DNA of 64,000 nt from NCBI GenBank assembly GCA_001662655.1, contig KV460222.1. The stretch is one strand, 5' to 3'. Numbering within the stretch: the first letter of the stretch is position 1; each line of letters starts with the position of its first letter. Shown in pieces: positions 1 to 12,726 of this stretch. The DNA comes from Pseudogymnoascus verrucosus (taxonomy: Eukaryota). A program made the translations under genes and the position numbers. The notes under the pieces were generated by a model. That model ran no database searches. It had not been told where the DNA came from and worked only from the letters and a program-made list of their open reading frames with translations.

Positions 1-176
1 GGGGCAAATAATCTTTCTGCTCCTTCATGCTCTCACCATAAAATCACGTGACAGCTTCGGTGACGCCCTCGGTAACTTCCGATAGCTGGGGAGGTTGTCC
101 AGTCAAAGTAACCATCAGAGCTCATCCAGAGCTCAATCATCGCCCCAATCGACACTCCAGGCATACCGACTTGAGA

Positions 177-891
177 ATGTCTTCAGATCTACCGCTTCAA
201 ATTGGAGAGACGTTACAAAGTCTCTCTATCAATCGCAATCCCTCCACGACCCATGATATCAACCCGAGCACCGCCGCTTCAGAAAAAGTACCCGTGACGG
301 TCGAGGAGACAACTCTGGACGCCGAGTCGTATTCTTCGTCGCTTGCCGGCTCAGATATTGACGATGAAGAAGAATACTCCTATAATATTATCCGCCCAAC
401 ACGCCGGCGGCAGTCACTCCCTCCGCTTCCGGATCTGCGATTCGAACAGAGCTATCTAGCTAGCATTGCGGACGCGGAGACATACCAGATGGTTGCATAT
501 ATCACAATAAGAGACCAAGTATGTTGCTATAGCTTGAATATTCTGGGTTTACGCGAGAGACACTTGCTAATATACAGCAGGTAATCCTCCCTCTGCTTCA
601 AGGCACGATGTGGACACTTGCTCTCCAAGGCTGGCGTCACTGGAACAGAGGCACAAAGCTCTCTGGCAAAAACGCTGGTGCACGGATTCGACGCTGGTGG
701 TGGAGGGTCAACAACTGGCCACTAGACCAGAGTGCATCTTCAATTATAAGGTCGGCGAGCAAGGACAAGAAATTCGCCTTTAAAACCAAGGAGGTGAGAG
801 GCGACCCGTTTTCGTGACAGGCAAGTCGCAGGGGCTGACTCCATAACCTTTCCAGTTCTATGAGATGCAACAGAGTTCTGGTGGAGATTGA
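177..891 (+). CDS. DUF1770-like conserved fungal protein (3 exons: 177-518, 581-793, 856-891)
   Basis: Motifs LPPLPDLRFEQSYLASI and RDQVILPLLQGTMWTLALQGWRHW...RRWWW. GT-AG introns with GCTAA/GCTGAC branch sites keep the frame. Confidence 0.8.
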
Positions 892-1609
892 ACAAATATA
901 TATAATGGCAACATGGGTTGAAACGGTGGAGGAATATGGTCGCGACGGCTGCGATGGATTTACACCACTTTTTTCGCAACCATGATGGGATAGCAATCTG
1001 GCTGGAGTTTGGAGTTTGTGGAGCGTCAACGTATATTGGCGCCTGGGAGCATAGAGCACATCTTTCAGTGCCGCGAGTACTGATACTGGCCTGGAGTATT
1101 ATTCTCCAGCGACGTCCAGGAGAACAAATACCCACCAACGGGACATATCCGGAAAGGAAAGAAGGGCTTGTATATAAACATATACTACTTCGTGTTACAT
1201 TCTATAGACTCGAAGTAGACCATGTTGTACATTATAATCCATGCATTGAGTCTGAAACTCGTGTCTGGTCTGGTCCGCATATGCTTCATTTCAACATTAT
1301 GGTACTGATAAGTAGTTTCGAAGACAATACTGGATATGGTATTCTAACTATGAGATAAATTCTTGTTTGGTTTTCCCGCTAGTTGATTTTGAACTGTGTT
1401 GTCCTTGTGGCTTTCCATGATCGACCTTGTCTGACCTTATGAATGAGGCTGAGAGAATGACCCCACTTCGATGCATCCACCCAAGCTATCGCTTGTGACT
1501 AAGCTTCCAATGGTAAAAGACAACTTGCAATTTCTGTCTTTCTTTCGAAAACATCAACAGCTCCAAAAGAATTTTCTTTTTGCTATAGGTTCCATCCAAG
1601 CTAACAACC

Positions 1610-2846
1610 ATGTCAGCTGTGGACATGTTCTTTGCGGCGCCGCCAGTGACTAGGTATGCTCTACTTTCTTCTTGACACTGGAAAGGCAGAGCTAACCCAG
1701 GCTTCCACAGGACACTGACGGCGCTCACGTTTTTCATTTCCGTCGCCCACTATGCTGGTCTCGTACCAGGCATATTCAATTGGATATATTTCCATCATTC
1801 ACACATATTCAAATTCCCACCTCAGTTGTGGCGGTTTGCGACATGCTTCATGCTCACTGGCGAGAGGTTTAGCATCCTGATGGACCCATACTACAGTGAG
1901 CATGGGCCAGGTTCACCATCCACCGAGCTTTACTAATATGTTATAAGTGTACATATATGGGAAGAAGTGCGAGACCGGCTCGTCCAAGTTCACGAAGCCA
2001 GGAGATTTTTTCTTCTATCTCGTTTTCGTGTGTCTAGCGCTCCTGGTAGGCTCACGCCTTTTCATTTACTACTGTCTCTTTTTCTGTCTACAAAACATTA
2101 CCTTATCTATACTGCCCGCCCAGTCTAAATATAGCTGGTGACGGTTCCTGAAGACAAGGAAGATCGCCCCTTCGCCTCAGCAGTCCCGTCATTCGCAAAA
2201 TATTTAGGGGCTGTTGGGGTGTTTGGCATGGTGGGATGTCCTTGAGAAAAACCCGGACGATTCACCAACGCGCTCCGGGTGGTTGTGGCTCCCTACATCT
2301 CTTTAAGAGAAAGAAAACTTTCCGTGCATAGTGCCCGTGCAAGGATGACGTTTTGTACTAAACTTTACTAACACTGGAAAGGGCGTCAATTATGCCATCT
2401 TTGGGAGCGCATATATTTTGACATCTGCGCTTTTCACTGCCTTCGCCTACACAGCGACGCAGGATGAGGGAGGGCAGACGAGAATATTTATTCTGGACGT
2501 CCCTACGCGTGCTCTCCCACTGGCGTTATGCTTCATGACCTTCGTGTCTGCGGGGAGCATGCACCCTGCATTGGTTCAGGCGACGGGAATTCTCGTGGCC
2601 CACCTCTATGACTTCCTCACGAGACTATACCCTACGTTTGGAGGAGGCGTAAACATTTTGACCACGCCGACCTTTGTTCGCCGTTGGTTCGAACCGAAGA
2701 CCATCTCTGTAAGCCACAAGGCTCATGGCACGTCGTTTCAACCCGCCGCGCCGCGGGCGGCTGCTTCAGGATCCACGGCTCCTGGTGGGGTGCTGCCGGA
2801 ATCGTGGAAGAGCCGTGGATCGGGCCACAGACTTGGCGGTGATTGA
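1610..2846 (+). CDS. Derlin family rhomboid pseudoprotease, Dfm1/Derlin-1-like (exons 1610-1653, 1711-1895, 1948-2045, 2382-2846)
   Basis: N-terminal PPVTR, the WR motif (PPQLWR), GILVAHLYDFL and a C-terminal SHP-box-like RGSGHRLGG. Intron phases are consistent. Confidence 0.88.
2134..2300 (+). ncRNA. Candidate intronic box H/ACA snoRNA in Derlin intron 3
   Basis: Hairpin 1 (GGTGACGG/CCGTCATT), H box AAAATA at 2197-2202, hairpin 2 (GGGGTG/CGCTCC, TGGTGG/TCACCA, TGTCC/GGACG), then ACA at 2295-2297 plus 3 nt. It lies in an unusually long 336-nt intron. Confidence 0.7.
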
Positions 2847-3246
2847 GTGGGATGGAACCACTTTGACTGTAATTTAAGATTAGCGGGAGTAAGATAGCAG
2901 AAGAATGAATTAAAACATGAATTACTACAATCGCTGGCCTGAATGCCTATTTGCATGTGAAGGCGTTTGGAAGCTGTGTCATACGCAAAAATAATTGTAT
3001 TGATGCCAGCAATTTAAGCGGATGCAATTTCTCTCGTCCGCCTCTATTTTGAAGAACGATGATAATTATGGCCTTTATTTTACGTTTGCTGTAATCACTA
3101 CTATCATGGATATATAGTTCCTCTCGGATTTTTGGGTGGTAAGTTCATCGTATGTTTCATTATATTACGACTAAAAATTACAAGTAATGCTTGCGCCCAG
3201 CGCCCAGAGCCATATATGCAGCTGGTAGCACACTACCACCCTAACT

Positions 3247-6133
3247 TCATGCCTTATCCAAGGCCCGGGCAGGCAAGTCATCAACGTCCATACCATCGCT
3301 GGTATCAACTCTACCTTCAGAGCTGTTACTTAAAGCAGGGATCAGCATAGGCATGCCGCTCTTTGCCTCCATCTCGACTGACTTCCCGTCTGAGAGTTGT
3401 GAAGTTTCGATACCACTCTCCTGCCCATCTTTCTCCATGACCACGTCTTGCCTTTGTTGGTTGGTTCCGAAGGGATCATCTGTACTACTCCAAGGTGCTT
3501 GATGCTGGTCGTGGGTCGTTGCGGATGCGCCTCCATCTATTTTGAACTGAGGGGCTGGGTTCAACCCCCCTAAGAGAACTCGGTTTCCATCCTCAGCTGA
3601 AGAATCCTCGGAACCCGAGTTGAACTTTCGTTTCGGCGGCGACCGAGGCGAGGTGATATCCGTTGAGTTATCAATCAGCTCGGGATTCGTTGAAAACTCC
3701 GCACGGAACGCCAGGTTGTCGGCGCGAACAAAGTTCTACGTCAGTTAGCTGGTGATAATTATTAATGGGAAGGGTGTATCTGACTTCAAGAGGCTCTGGC
3801 AACGGGCGGCGGGGTTCAGCAAGTGCTGCTTCGCTAGCGTACACGATTATGCAGCATTTAATCTCTTTGCTGGCTGCAAATAGTACTTCGGTTTGTGCGA
3901 CTTTCTATTAGGCAGTATGGTCAGCCATGAGCACGTTTTATGATCGCAGTGGAAGCTTCTTACAACAACGTTCACCTGCCGAGAACCCGACGGCGAGTAC
4001 TCAATCTTCCACCATTGATCGGCATCCTTCCCAGTTCCGTCTGCATCTAGATCCATTTCAATGAGATCAGGCTCCGCTCTCCTCCGTACATAGGTAATGT
4101 GATTCGAAATGGAGACTCCGCACAGCGTATATTTCTGTATTGGCGGCTGACCAGCCTCAGTGGCAGGTTTGGTGTAGAGTTTGGATAGTTCTCGGAGGCT
4201 CTCCCGAGCTTTCTCCTTTTCATCAGCAAGTGCTATTTTCAATGTTAGCAAAATATTGAGCTGCAGTGCATCTTAACCGACCTGTTAATTTCTTGTCAAT
4301 GCTTTCCAGCACGTTCTGAAGTTCCGCAGAGATGTCCAGTCGTTGAGTCCGTCTTGTTTCAGAACTCAGCTCCGTCTCGAACGAGTCCGAATCAGTACCG
4401 TTCAAAGTGTTTGGCGGTAGTAAATCTTTGTCATGCCTCATTGAAGCACCGAGCAAGTCTTTAACTTTGACCGTCTTTAGCATTGGGAACGTGTAGTGCG
4501 TAAGCTTATTCTCCAGAGCACATATTTTTTTCATACGGTCTCGGATAGCAGCTTTCCTTTTCGACATCTCAAGAGAAGCCTCGACGTTACTCTCCATGTA
4601 GCGATCTGGATACCAAGTAGCTGGTACCTTTATGCCTTTACCACCTTCGTTACCTGTTATACGGAAGGCAATCACTTCTCCCAATTCTTTGAGAAACGCC
4701 CTTGTATTTGTCTCCAGACCTGACATCATCCAAAGGGCATAGTCAGCAAGATCGTAAAGGGTCTCCACGTCCTCCACTATACTACTATGCGGTATGTCGA
4801 GGTCCAACATCGCAAAATGTCTTGACTGCAGAGCTGATTCGCCTAAACCTGGCTGTACCGCCTCGGAGAAGAGAGACGAGACTGGTACCCGTTCATCGGG
4901 CTTGGAATATATTTGATTTAATGCCTCGAAGAATTTCTGCTCCGCGTCGATGGCCTGGGATTGTCTTAATGCAGCATTATTTACTAAAGGTTCTGCTGAG
5001 CCGTAGCTTCGATCCGATTTATCAAGAAAGGCCATCAACCGTTGAGTTTCTCGAATAAACTCGTCATAGTCTTGTGGAGTAGGCAAGCCCCAGTCCACAT
5101 CGTTGGATTCGGGTATGGCTGAATCTGGTAGCTCGATGGCTTTGCCTGCCCACCACCCAGGATCGTTTCCATAATTAGGTATTAGGTTGGTCCGGTCCAG
5201 AAGGATCTCTCGAATCAGAGGAATCTCATGATATATTGTCAACATCTCTGCCAAGCGGTTGTCTTCTGCACTGGGCTTTAAAAAAGCCGGCATACTATCC
5301 TCCCTCTTCCGATCGATAGCATCTGGATCTGGAAAAAAATCTTGGACGGAACTGTTTCCCCGGACCATGCCCCATTGATTTTCGTCATATGTGGGCTTGT
5401 TCGCTGGACCGAATTGCACTGGCCCTTGTGTGACTCCGTATTGTTGAGGGGGGATCCCGGCTTCTTGTGCTGATTGTGCCAACGCTCTTTGTAGGTCGAT
5501 ATCAACGATTTCGTCTTGAGCTAGAGTGGCTCGGGGATCAGCTGGTACGGCTGGTTAGCATATAGCTTGCGCATGCATTCGGTGGCAGCCTACCTGCGGC
5601 GTGTTCTTTATCTAACGATATAATTCTGCCAAGAGGCGACGTGTTGCTTGATCGTGACGGAGGCCTCGTGGGTGCACCGTAAAAGCTTCCACCGCCTGGG
5701 TCATCAGCTCCCTGGACCTGGAAAGCTGCAGAAATGTGTTAGAAGATCAGGCGACACGATAGTAGCACACGGGTTCGGGTTGCGAATGATATAGTTTGTG
5801 TACGCACATATTCCAGTATTGTTGTTCGGTGCCCCATCCCGATCACCGTTGAACGCGCCTTCCTCCCAGTTATACTATAATCCAAAAGTCAAATCTTCGG
5901 CTCCGGAACATTCAATATCTCGTAGATTCTCACCTTTGTGCTGTTGGGGTTATCGAAGAGCTCATTTAAGGCGAGGTTCAAATCATTATTGTTACCCTAT
6001 GATATTAGCGCAAACACCCCTAGAACCCATAAAGTCTCTAGCTCACCTTTAGTCTTCGAATAGCTTCATCTCTCGATATGCTGGCCATCATAACCATCTG
6101 CTCGATGTCCTCGTCGGGAGGCTGAGCCGCCAT
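3247..6133 (-). CDS. UBA-like/UIM-containing protein with a degenerate USP-like body (multi-exon)
   Basis: Start MAAQPPDEDIEQMVMMASISRDEAIRRLK at 6133; UIM DIDLQRALAQSAQE. ORFs 4223-5482, 3847-4251 and 3247-3564 can be joined by GT-AG introns. Confidence 0.8.
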
Positions 6134-6882
6134 GGCTGCAAGGCTGGCCGCGCACGAGTGAGCTGAGTCGGTTCCTTGCAAATCGAAGCATTTATTGAGA
6201 GACTCTGCATCGAGATATCGCGTTCCAGAGATCGTTTCCCGGAGATCGTGCGTGGCAAGGAGGCGCTGGGTGGCTATAGCCTGTGGCCAGAGCTTAAGGT
6301 CCGGATTTGAGCTGCTGGTATGGTGCTATTTAAGGTGCGGGTTCATATATGGATAGCGATTACGGCAACAACCTTACAAACAGCCAACATCCCTGTGAGC
6401 TTCCGTGCCGATTTAGCGCGCTTCTGGAAGTTGCCGCATATGGACGACGACGACACATTGATGGCTTTTAACTACGGAGGACAAGTGTTGGACTTCTGTT
6501 TAGCATCGATTAATTCTATTCACAGTACTTTCATGACATCGTATCTGGAACACAAGGGATATATCATTCATGACTTGTTTATTCACAGATATGCTCTTCG
6601 CATTTAACTCGCATTTGTGCCAGCCCATCCAGGATCTTAAGCGGTCCGCGAACTGCCAGCCAGTCCATGATCAAGCCCAGATTCCTATAACCGGTTGGGC
6701 CGAAACACATTAAATTCAGAATCAACTCGCATTTAACTCGCTGTCTTGACCATCAGAAGATCTTTCTCATTTTTTTTGTCATTTCTCAGTACCATCATCA
6801 ATCATTTCATTTCATTCATCCGTCTTCTCTCTTAAATAGAAAACGCCTTTCGAAGTCATAGCATAGCCCTTCCGCCCGTGGA

Positions 6883-9800
6883 CTAAATTGAAACATCATA
6901 GTAAATGATGCTTGATGTCCGCGAATTGTAAAGGAAAGCATTCCGACGCTCACCCCTCCTATTCGCGAGAAGACCTTTCAAATGGTCCTCAATTTGCTGG
7001 ATATATCGCTTCTCTGCGGGTCCAACACTCTGGGCCAATTGCTTCCACTTGTCCGGATCCGAAAGAGGCGTCTCTTTGATCTTGAAGAGAACATCGTCCG
7101 TAGTCTCGATAGCTAGAACTTGGCCATCCAGGAACCCTTCCACAAGCTTGGCAGCAGCTACTTGGGCTTGGTTTTGGATGCTGTTTTTAAGGGCGGCCTT
7201 CTTAGCTTTCGTCCCAGTGGTAAGGATATGAACCTGCTGCTTCAAATGAGGAGCCATAGGACCGTCATTGTTACTGGTGCGGCGCGCCATCTTGTTGAGA
7301 TTCTGTCCCTCGCGATGATCGCGATCGCGTATTTGGCCTCGAAGCCAAGAGACTACTTGACTCTCCGCCATGTCCACATCCTCGACGTCCTTTCGTCCCA
7401 TGGTCTTGATTTTGACCATGGAGTCCTGCTTGATTGTAACAATCCAGAAGTGATCATAGTCCTTATACTTCGACATCAAATCTTCCGGTGACCGAGCATC
7501 ACCCGCAAGTTCTGCGCTGATCTGGTTGCGCCACAGCTCATTCATGAGGCTGACTCCCTCAGAGCGTAATACGTGACCATCAAAGCTGCCCACCAAGACG
7601 TCGCACTATAGCCAGGAGATTAGTACTTCTGTGCATGGAATGTAATTTACATGCTCTGGAATTCGACTTACTCGTTTACCCGTCCAGATACCACGCAATT
7701 CAATTGCAGGCTTTTTGGACTGTTTTTTGATAGATTTCTGGTGGTATGAGAACATAGATTGAGCCAAATTCTCCCAGGCAAAATTGAATCCTACAGCATG
7801 GCAGACCTCAGGCTGCCGAGCCGTCTTAGGTAGGAACTCACGCACTAGACTGTCATAGCGGCCGCCAGCTGCAAAGACTTCCTTTTTGTCTCTGTCATAA
7901 AGACAGGAGAAAAGCATGCCACCCTTGTAAAATCTCTCGCGAATGCTACCCAAGGGGGTAATGAAAATCTTGCTTGTCACGCCAAATCGCTGTATATACT
8001 TGACGACATCTTTGAGATGGGCGATAGCTGGAGAAGCTCTGTTGAAGGCCTCAGTGCCGTCCAGGAGAGTCTTTAGTTTCTGGAATACTCTGTCAGGCGA
8101 GTCTCGGAAGTCAAACGACGAAAGCTCATCGATGCTTGCTGCGGAAAGACCGTTGGAGCGGAGATCAGTCTTGATTCTCGACCATGTCCACTGGGAAACG
8201 TGAAGTTTGCTCAACGTCTCTGTTGCGCTTAATCGGCAACCAGCATCGACTCCGCAGTGATCGAAGATAAGGTTCAGGATATCTGAGTGGTTGAGCTGAA
8301 AGCACATTGGCACAGTGGCCATGCAAGGGAACGACGCGATGATCTCATCTAGGACCTTGATAACTTCCGCCTCTTTAAGCGCCAGGTCGAGTGAGTCGGA
8401 TACAATATCGAAATTGACTTCTCCGAAAGACAATGGCTGGCCTCCGCTTTTGTCGCGAAAAACGTCCCCGAAGGCGTAAGAGTTCTGCATTCTAGGCGGG
8501 TTCTTGGCGATGGAACGGGCGAAGGGCAGTGTTAGATCGTATCGCAACTGGACCAAGGTGCCACCAGGTTCAAGGAGCTGGACAGCATCCGACGCATAGT
8601 AAGACGAGCGTGGGAACATAATTGGCCTCGGGACCTCCAGAGCTCCGTGAAGTCTGAAAACGGAGATGAGCTGCTCCTTAACATGGGTTCGCATGATGCT
8701 GTCGGCAGGCGCAGGAGGTTTCTTATTGCTCATATCCCATGCCAAGTCTTTCGCCTGATCAGTTGGGCGAGAATAGAGAGCAGCCATCATCTTAGGATAG
8801 TACGGAGACTTGGGATCTTGAAGACTTGCCAATGCTAACTGGATTGCTTCACTGCCCATCTGTACCGGGAGTTTTCCGCTGTCAAGTAGAGAAGAGCTGC
8901 TGGGTCGCACCTCAGGATCGTGGTTCAAAAGAGAGAGGATTATATCCCCAAAGTGACCCTTCTTGTCGGCCTGGAAATCGCTGGGCAGTATGGTCTTTGG
9001 GTTTCGGAGCTCTTTCAGCACTTCAGCACGCTCCATGCCAACAATAGGATGATAGCACATCTCGAATAAGATAATCCCGAGAGAGTATAGATCGACCTTA
9101 CTCGTGTAATCCGCGCCGAGCATTACTTCGGGAGCTACATAACTAGCTGTCCCGATATTGGTCGTCATATCATGAGTGCCCTGGGTAGAAGATAGCGTCT
9201 CTGGTATGGTATATTGACCTGATGTAGCCAGACCAAAATCTCCCAGTCTGATGTTCGAAGCCCCGTCGATAAACACATTCTCAGGTTTAAGATCGCGGTG
9301 TACCACATTGTTGCCGTGAAGGTACTTTAGAGCCTCAAGTAGCTGCCGAAGGAGGCGCCAAATTTCATCAACGTTGTCCAGAAGTGAGCCTCGCTTGATT
9401 ACATCTCGAAGGGTTTTGCCTTCACAATATTCCATCTGAATATAAAGAACTGTAATCCCAGCTGGTCGTGAGTCGGAGCGTGTACGGGTCAGAGCTAGTT
9501 GGCGCCTATTCCTATGCTGGATTGCTGGGACACTCAATGAAGACGCTTCATCCTCGTCATCTATAATTGCTTCCTCGTTGTCGTCATCGTCGTCGGAGGC
9601 TGTATCAGCGTCATCGTCGTCATCAAATTCAATGTAGCGGGACGAGCTTATGAAATCAAGACCTCCGGTGCTCGTTCCAAACTCAATCCTCAAACCATTG
9701 TCTCCAGGAGAGGCGCCTGTTGTTCCATCTGCAGTTGAAGAGTCAAGCTCTGTGTCGGCGTCTGCGTCTCCAGTGTCTGGAATGATTTCAGTCCAGGAAT

Positions 9801-11817
9801 TATGGTACTGGACGATATAGGGATGGCGAAGAGCAGATAGGAATTGAACTTCCTTGATAATCTCTTCTAAACTGGATGAAGACTTCTGAGTTATCTTCTT
9901 CACAGCATAGAACTGCCCGTCAAGCTTTTTGCGAGCTTTGAGAACCTCGCCAAAGCCGCCTTTCCCAAGTCTTCCTTCTTGAATGAAGTCCTCGTGGTAT
10001 CTGCTGAAGTGAAGGGGACGGTGATCTACCTTCGAACCACGCCTCGCCGACAACGAGGTCAGGGCTATGGATGATCCTGATTTGGGCAGCGGCATCGATA
10101 CTTCGTCATCCGTTCCCTCAGTTGTTGTTAGGAATGTTGACATCTTGAGATCGCTGGCACGGGGGCGTTTCCTAGGGTCAGGCGAGAACAGTTTGCGGAT
10201 CATGTCCTCTAGCGATCTCGAAACAACTTGTTCTTCTGGAATTCTTTGTGGTGCAGAAAATTCTCTCAAAACACCGAGTCCCCAGATCATCTGCAAAAAG
10301 ATGATACCGAAGTCCCATATATCCGTCTTGTCGGTGTACTGAGGTCTCTCAGAGTTGACGTTCTCTGGTTGGACCCAATAAACCGATCTAGCAAGCTCGA
10401 GTTTCCCGGGAGACGTCGCGTTTTTCAACGTGTGCAAGCGGTGCTGAAACCCTACGTCTGCGATCTTAGGCGTTACAACTCCCAAAGGGGATCTTACAAG
10501 CAGAACATTCGAGGCATGGAGGTCTCGATGAGTGATTCCTTGAGAGTGGAGATAAGTTAACGCGTCAAGCAGTGCCATGGCCCAGGACTTAACTCTCTCC
10601 GCCATGAGACTCCCTGAGATATCGAGGCATTCTTCAAGCGATCCTTTGTTTCCATATTCGGTCAGAATACTAAGAGTCCATAGGCCATCCGAAGCTGCAT
10701 TTGTATCGCTCTCCTTTGTCAGTTTATAGGCATAAATGCGCAAGATGTTATCCCGATCGATTTTCATCAGAGTGGAGATCTCTCTCTCTAGTCCCGCCAG
10801 TTGGGCTCTGAATTCGGTTTTCTTGTTGTTCTCGCTACTCCGAATAGTTGTCTTCTTCAACACCAACAACTGAATAGGATCACCTTTGAGGACCGGGCGT
10901 GCTGTGAAGCATTCCGATACAGGACCTTGGCGGATCCTGTAATAGCTGGTAACTGCTTGGAAAGTTCTCTCATTATCAAAGTCGTCAATAAGCTTGATGG
11001 GCTCGTCAAACGCCACAACCGCTCTCATTTCCTCGAGATCTTCATCAACAATCTGGTCTTCATACGCAACTGGAGCTTTGCTCTTTCTCCGTGAGTCTTT
11101 GGTATTCTTTTCATATCTTGCAACCAGAACTTGAGCATCGGCAGTTAACCTCTCTTCTTCAGCGATCTGGGCCGCTCTCTCGCGAGCAGCTTGCTCCTCT
11201 TCCTCCTTTGCAGCTTTAAGAGCAACAGCAGTCTCGTGCATGGCTCTCTCCTCTTCCAAGCTTGGAATTTCTCGTCCAGCAGCCTCTGCTTCTGCCGCAC
11301 CATCAAGAATTTCCTTCAGAGCTTCGCCGATCTCATGGATCATGGGCTCCATAGGTCGCTCAACAGCCATCTCAGCTGCCTTTGTCTCGACCACTTTTTG
11401 AAGTTTAAACTTGGTCCCCTCCCGAAGACTGCGAGGGAACTTGAGAGTGAGGACCGGGGCCGACTTGGGATATGTGGCCGTGAATACCACATGGAGAACC
11501 ACGGATAGGTTTTCAGTCGCAGAGGTAACCCGAATGTTGAAGGTCGGTTCTAATTTCTTGGCCAGGTGAGCAAGTGGCTTCCGATCTGAGGAGGGGTATT
11601 ATCTTACCTTCCATGCACCTGGCTTGGTATCTTCACGTTCAAAGTCATCGCCATAGATGGCTCCGAGCACAAGCAGCTCGTCTTCCTGGATTTGGTTATA
11701 TTCGGATTCTGGAGCAGGCTTGTTGGCTTCGTTGTCTTTCAAGCTTGGGAAGCTCGTGTTGTTCAGTTTGGTTGTCTGCTTGGGTTTCGATCCACCCCAT
11801 GGATATGTTGGAGCCAT
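6883..11817 (-). CDS. GCN2: eIF2-alpha kinase Gcn2 (RWD, pseudokinase, kinase, HisRS-like and C-terminal domains; 2 introns)
   Basis: QEDELLVLGAIYGDDF (RWD), LGKGGFGEVLK, LYIQMEYC, HRDLKPEN, DFGLAT, LRYDLTLPFAR and AAGGRYDSL (HisRS-like). Introns near 11607-11558 and 7671-7608. Confidence 0.96.
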
Positions 11818-12210
11818 CTTATCATATCATGTAAGATGGTTGAGGCTATGCGAAAGAGGAGACAAGAGCAGCAAAAGCTGCCGTGTCTCAGAAGCTAGGT
11901 GCGGGCATTGTTTGTCAAGTTGTTGCTGTGTTCTATCGAGGGCAAATGTGCAAAGTTGTTGCTCGGCGACCTGACCGCGACTTTACAATCGAGGAGCAAG
12001 GCTGACATCCCCGGATATACATTACGCCGCGCCCTCATTTCAGCCTTTTCCGACCGATGCATGTGCTAATTGAAGATCTATGTTTCAAATCCTATGCTAC
12101 ACTTTGTTTCGGATGTTTCTGTCACCCCCGGAACCATGTTCCTTGTGATAAGCATGGTGGCACCCGACTGACCGATACCTGTAGGTCTTGTCTAGAGAAA
12201 TTTATGTTGG

Positions 12211-12603
12211 GATTGACGCGCCACAGAAACAGCTGTGGCAGACTGAACCACAGAAACATATGGGAGACAAACATCATAGAGACATCTATGGGGGATTAAT
12301 ACGATAGAAGCACCTATAGGAGAGGAAATTCACACTATAGAAATACCTATAGGGGATTAATAATATAGAACTGCTTATAGGAGATAGACACCGCAGGAAC
12401 ACCTGTATGAGACTAACACTACGGAAATACCTGCGGGAGACTAACACCACAGAAACCCCTATACATGATTCACACTAGAGAAACCCCTATGGGTGGGGGA
12501 CATTGTAAAACTTGTAGGTGATTGACGCTACAGAAACCCCCATACGTGATTGACACTATGGAAGCACTTATGGGAGATTGGCACCGGAGAAACCCATATG
12601 TAT
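12211..12603. repeat. Degenerate ~28-bp minisatellite (~14 units), consensus approx GATTRACACTATAGAAACACCTATRGGA
   Basis: Repeated units such as gactaacactacggaaatacctgcggga, gactaacaccacagaaacccctatacat and gattgacactatggaagcacttatggga. Confidence 0.85.
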
Positions 12604-12726
12604 AAATATTATTGTTAAATTAAAGCTTAGACAGAAGCTAAAATGAAGAGAGAAACAAATTGCTTTTGTGGTATATCTAGACATCCATGCGCCATCGCCC
12701 TGTTATATATTTGCCTGTTCCTTGTG

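Noticed and set aside
575..580. Tandem CAGCAG (NAGNAG) acceptor in the DUF1770 gene
   Set aside because: It would only add or remove one Gln; common, with no evidence of function.
918..1358. 146-aa ORF downstream of DUF1770
   Set aside because: Non-ATG start, no motif, and it lies in the probable 3' UTR/intergenic region.
6598..6741. 15-bp direct repeat TCGCATTTAACTCGC flanking ~115 bp
   Set aside because: No terminal inverted repeats or other mobile-element hallmarks; likely a local duplication.
12211..12603. CRISPR-like array
   Set aside because: Units are contiguous and degenerate with no unique spacers, there are no cas genes, and the context is eukaryotic.
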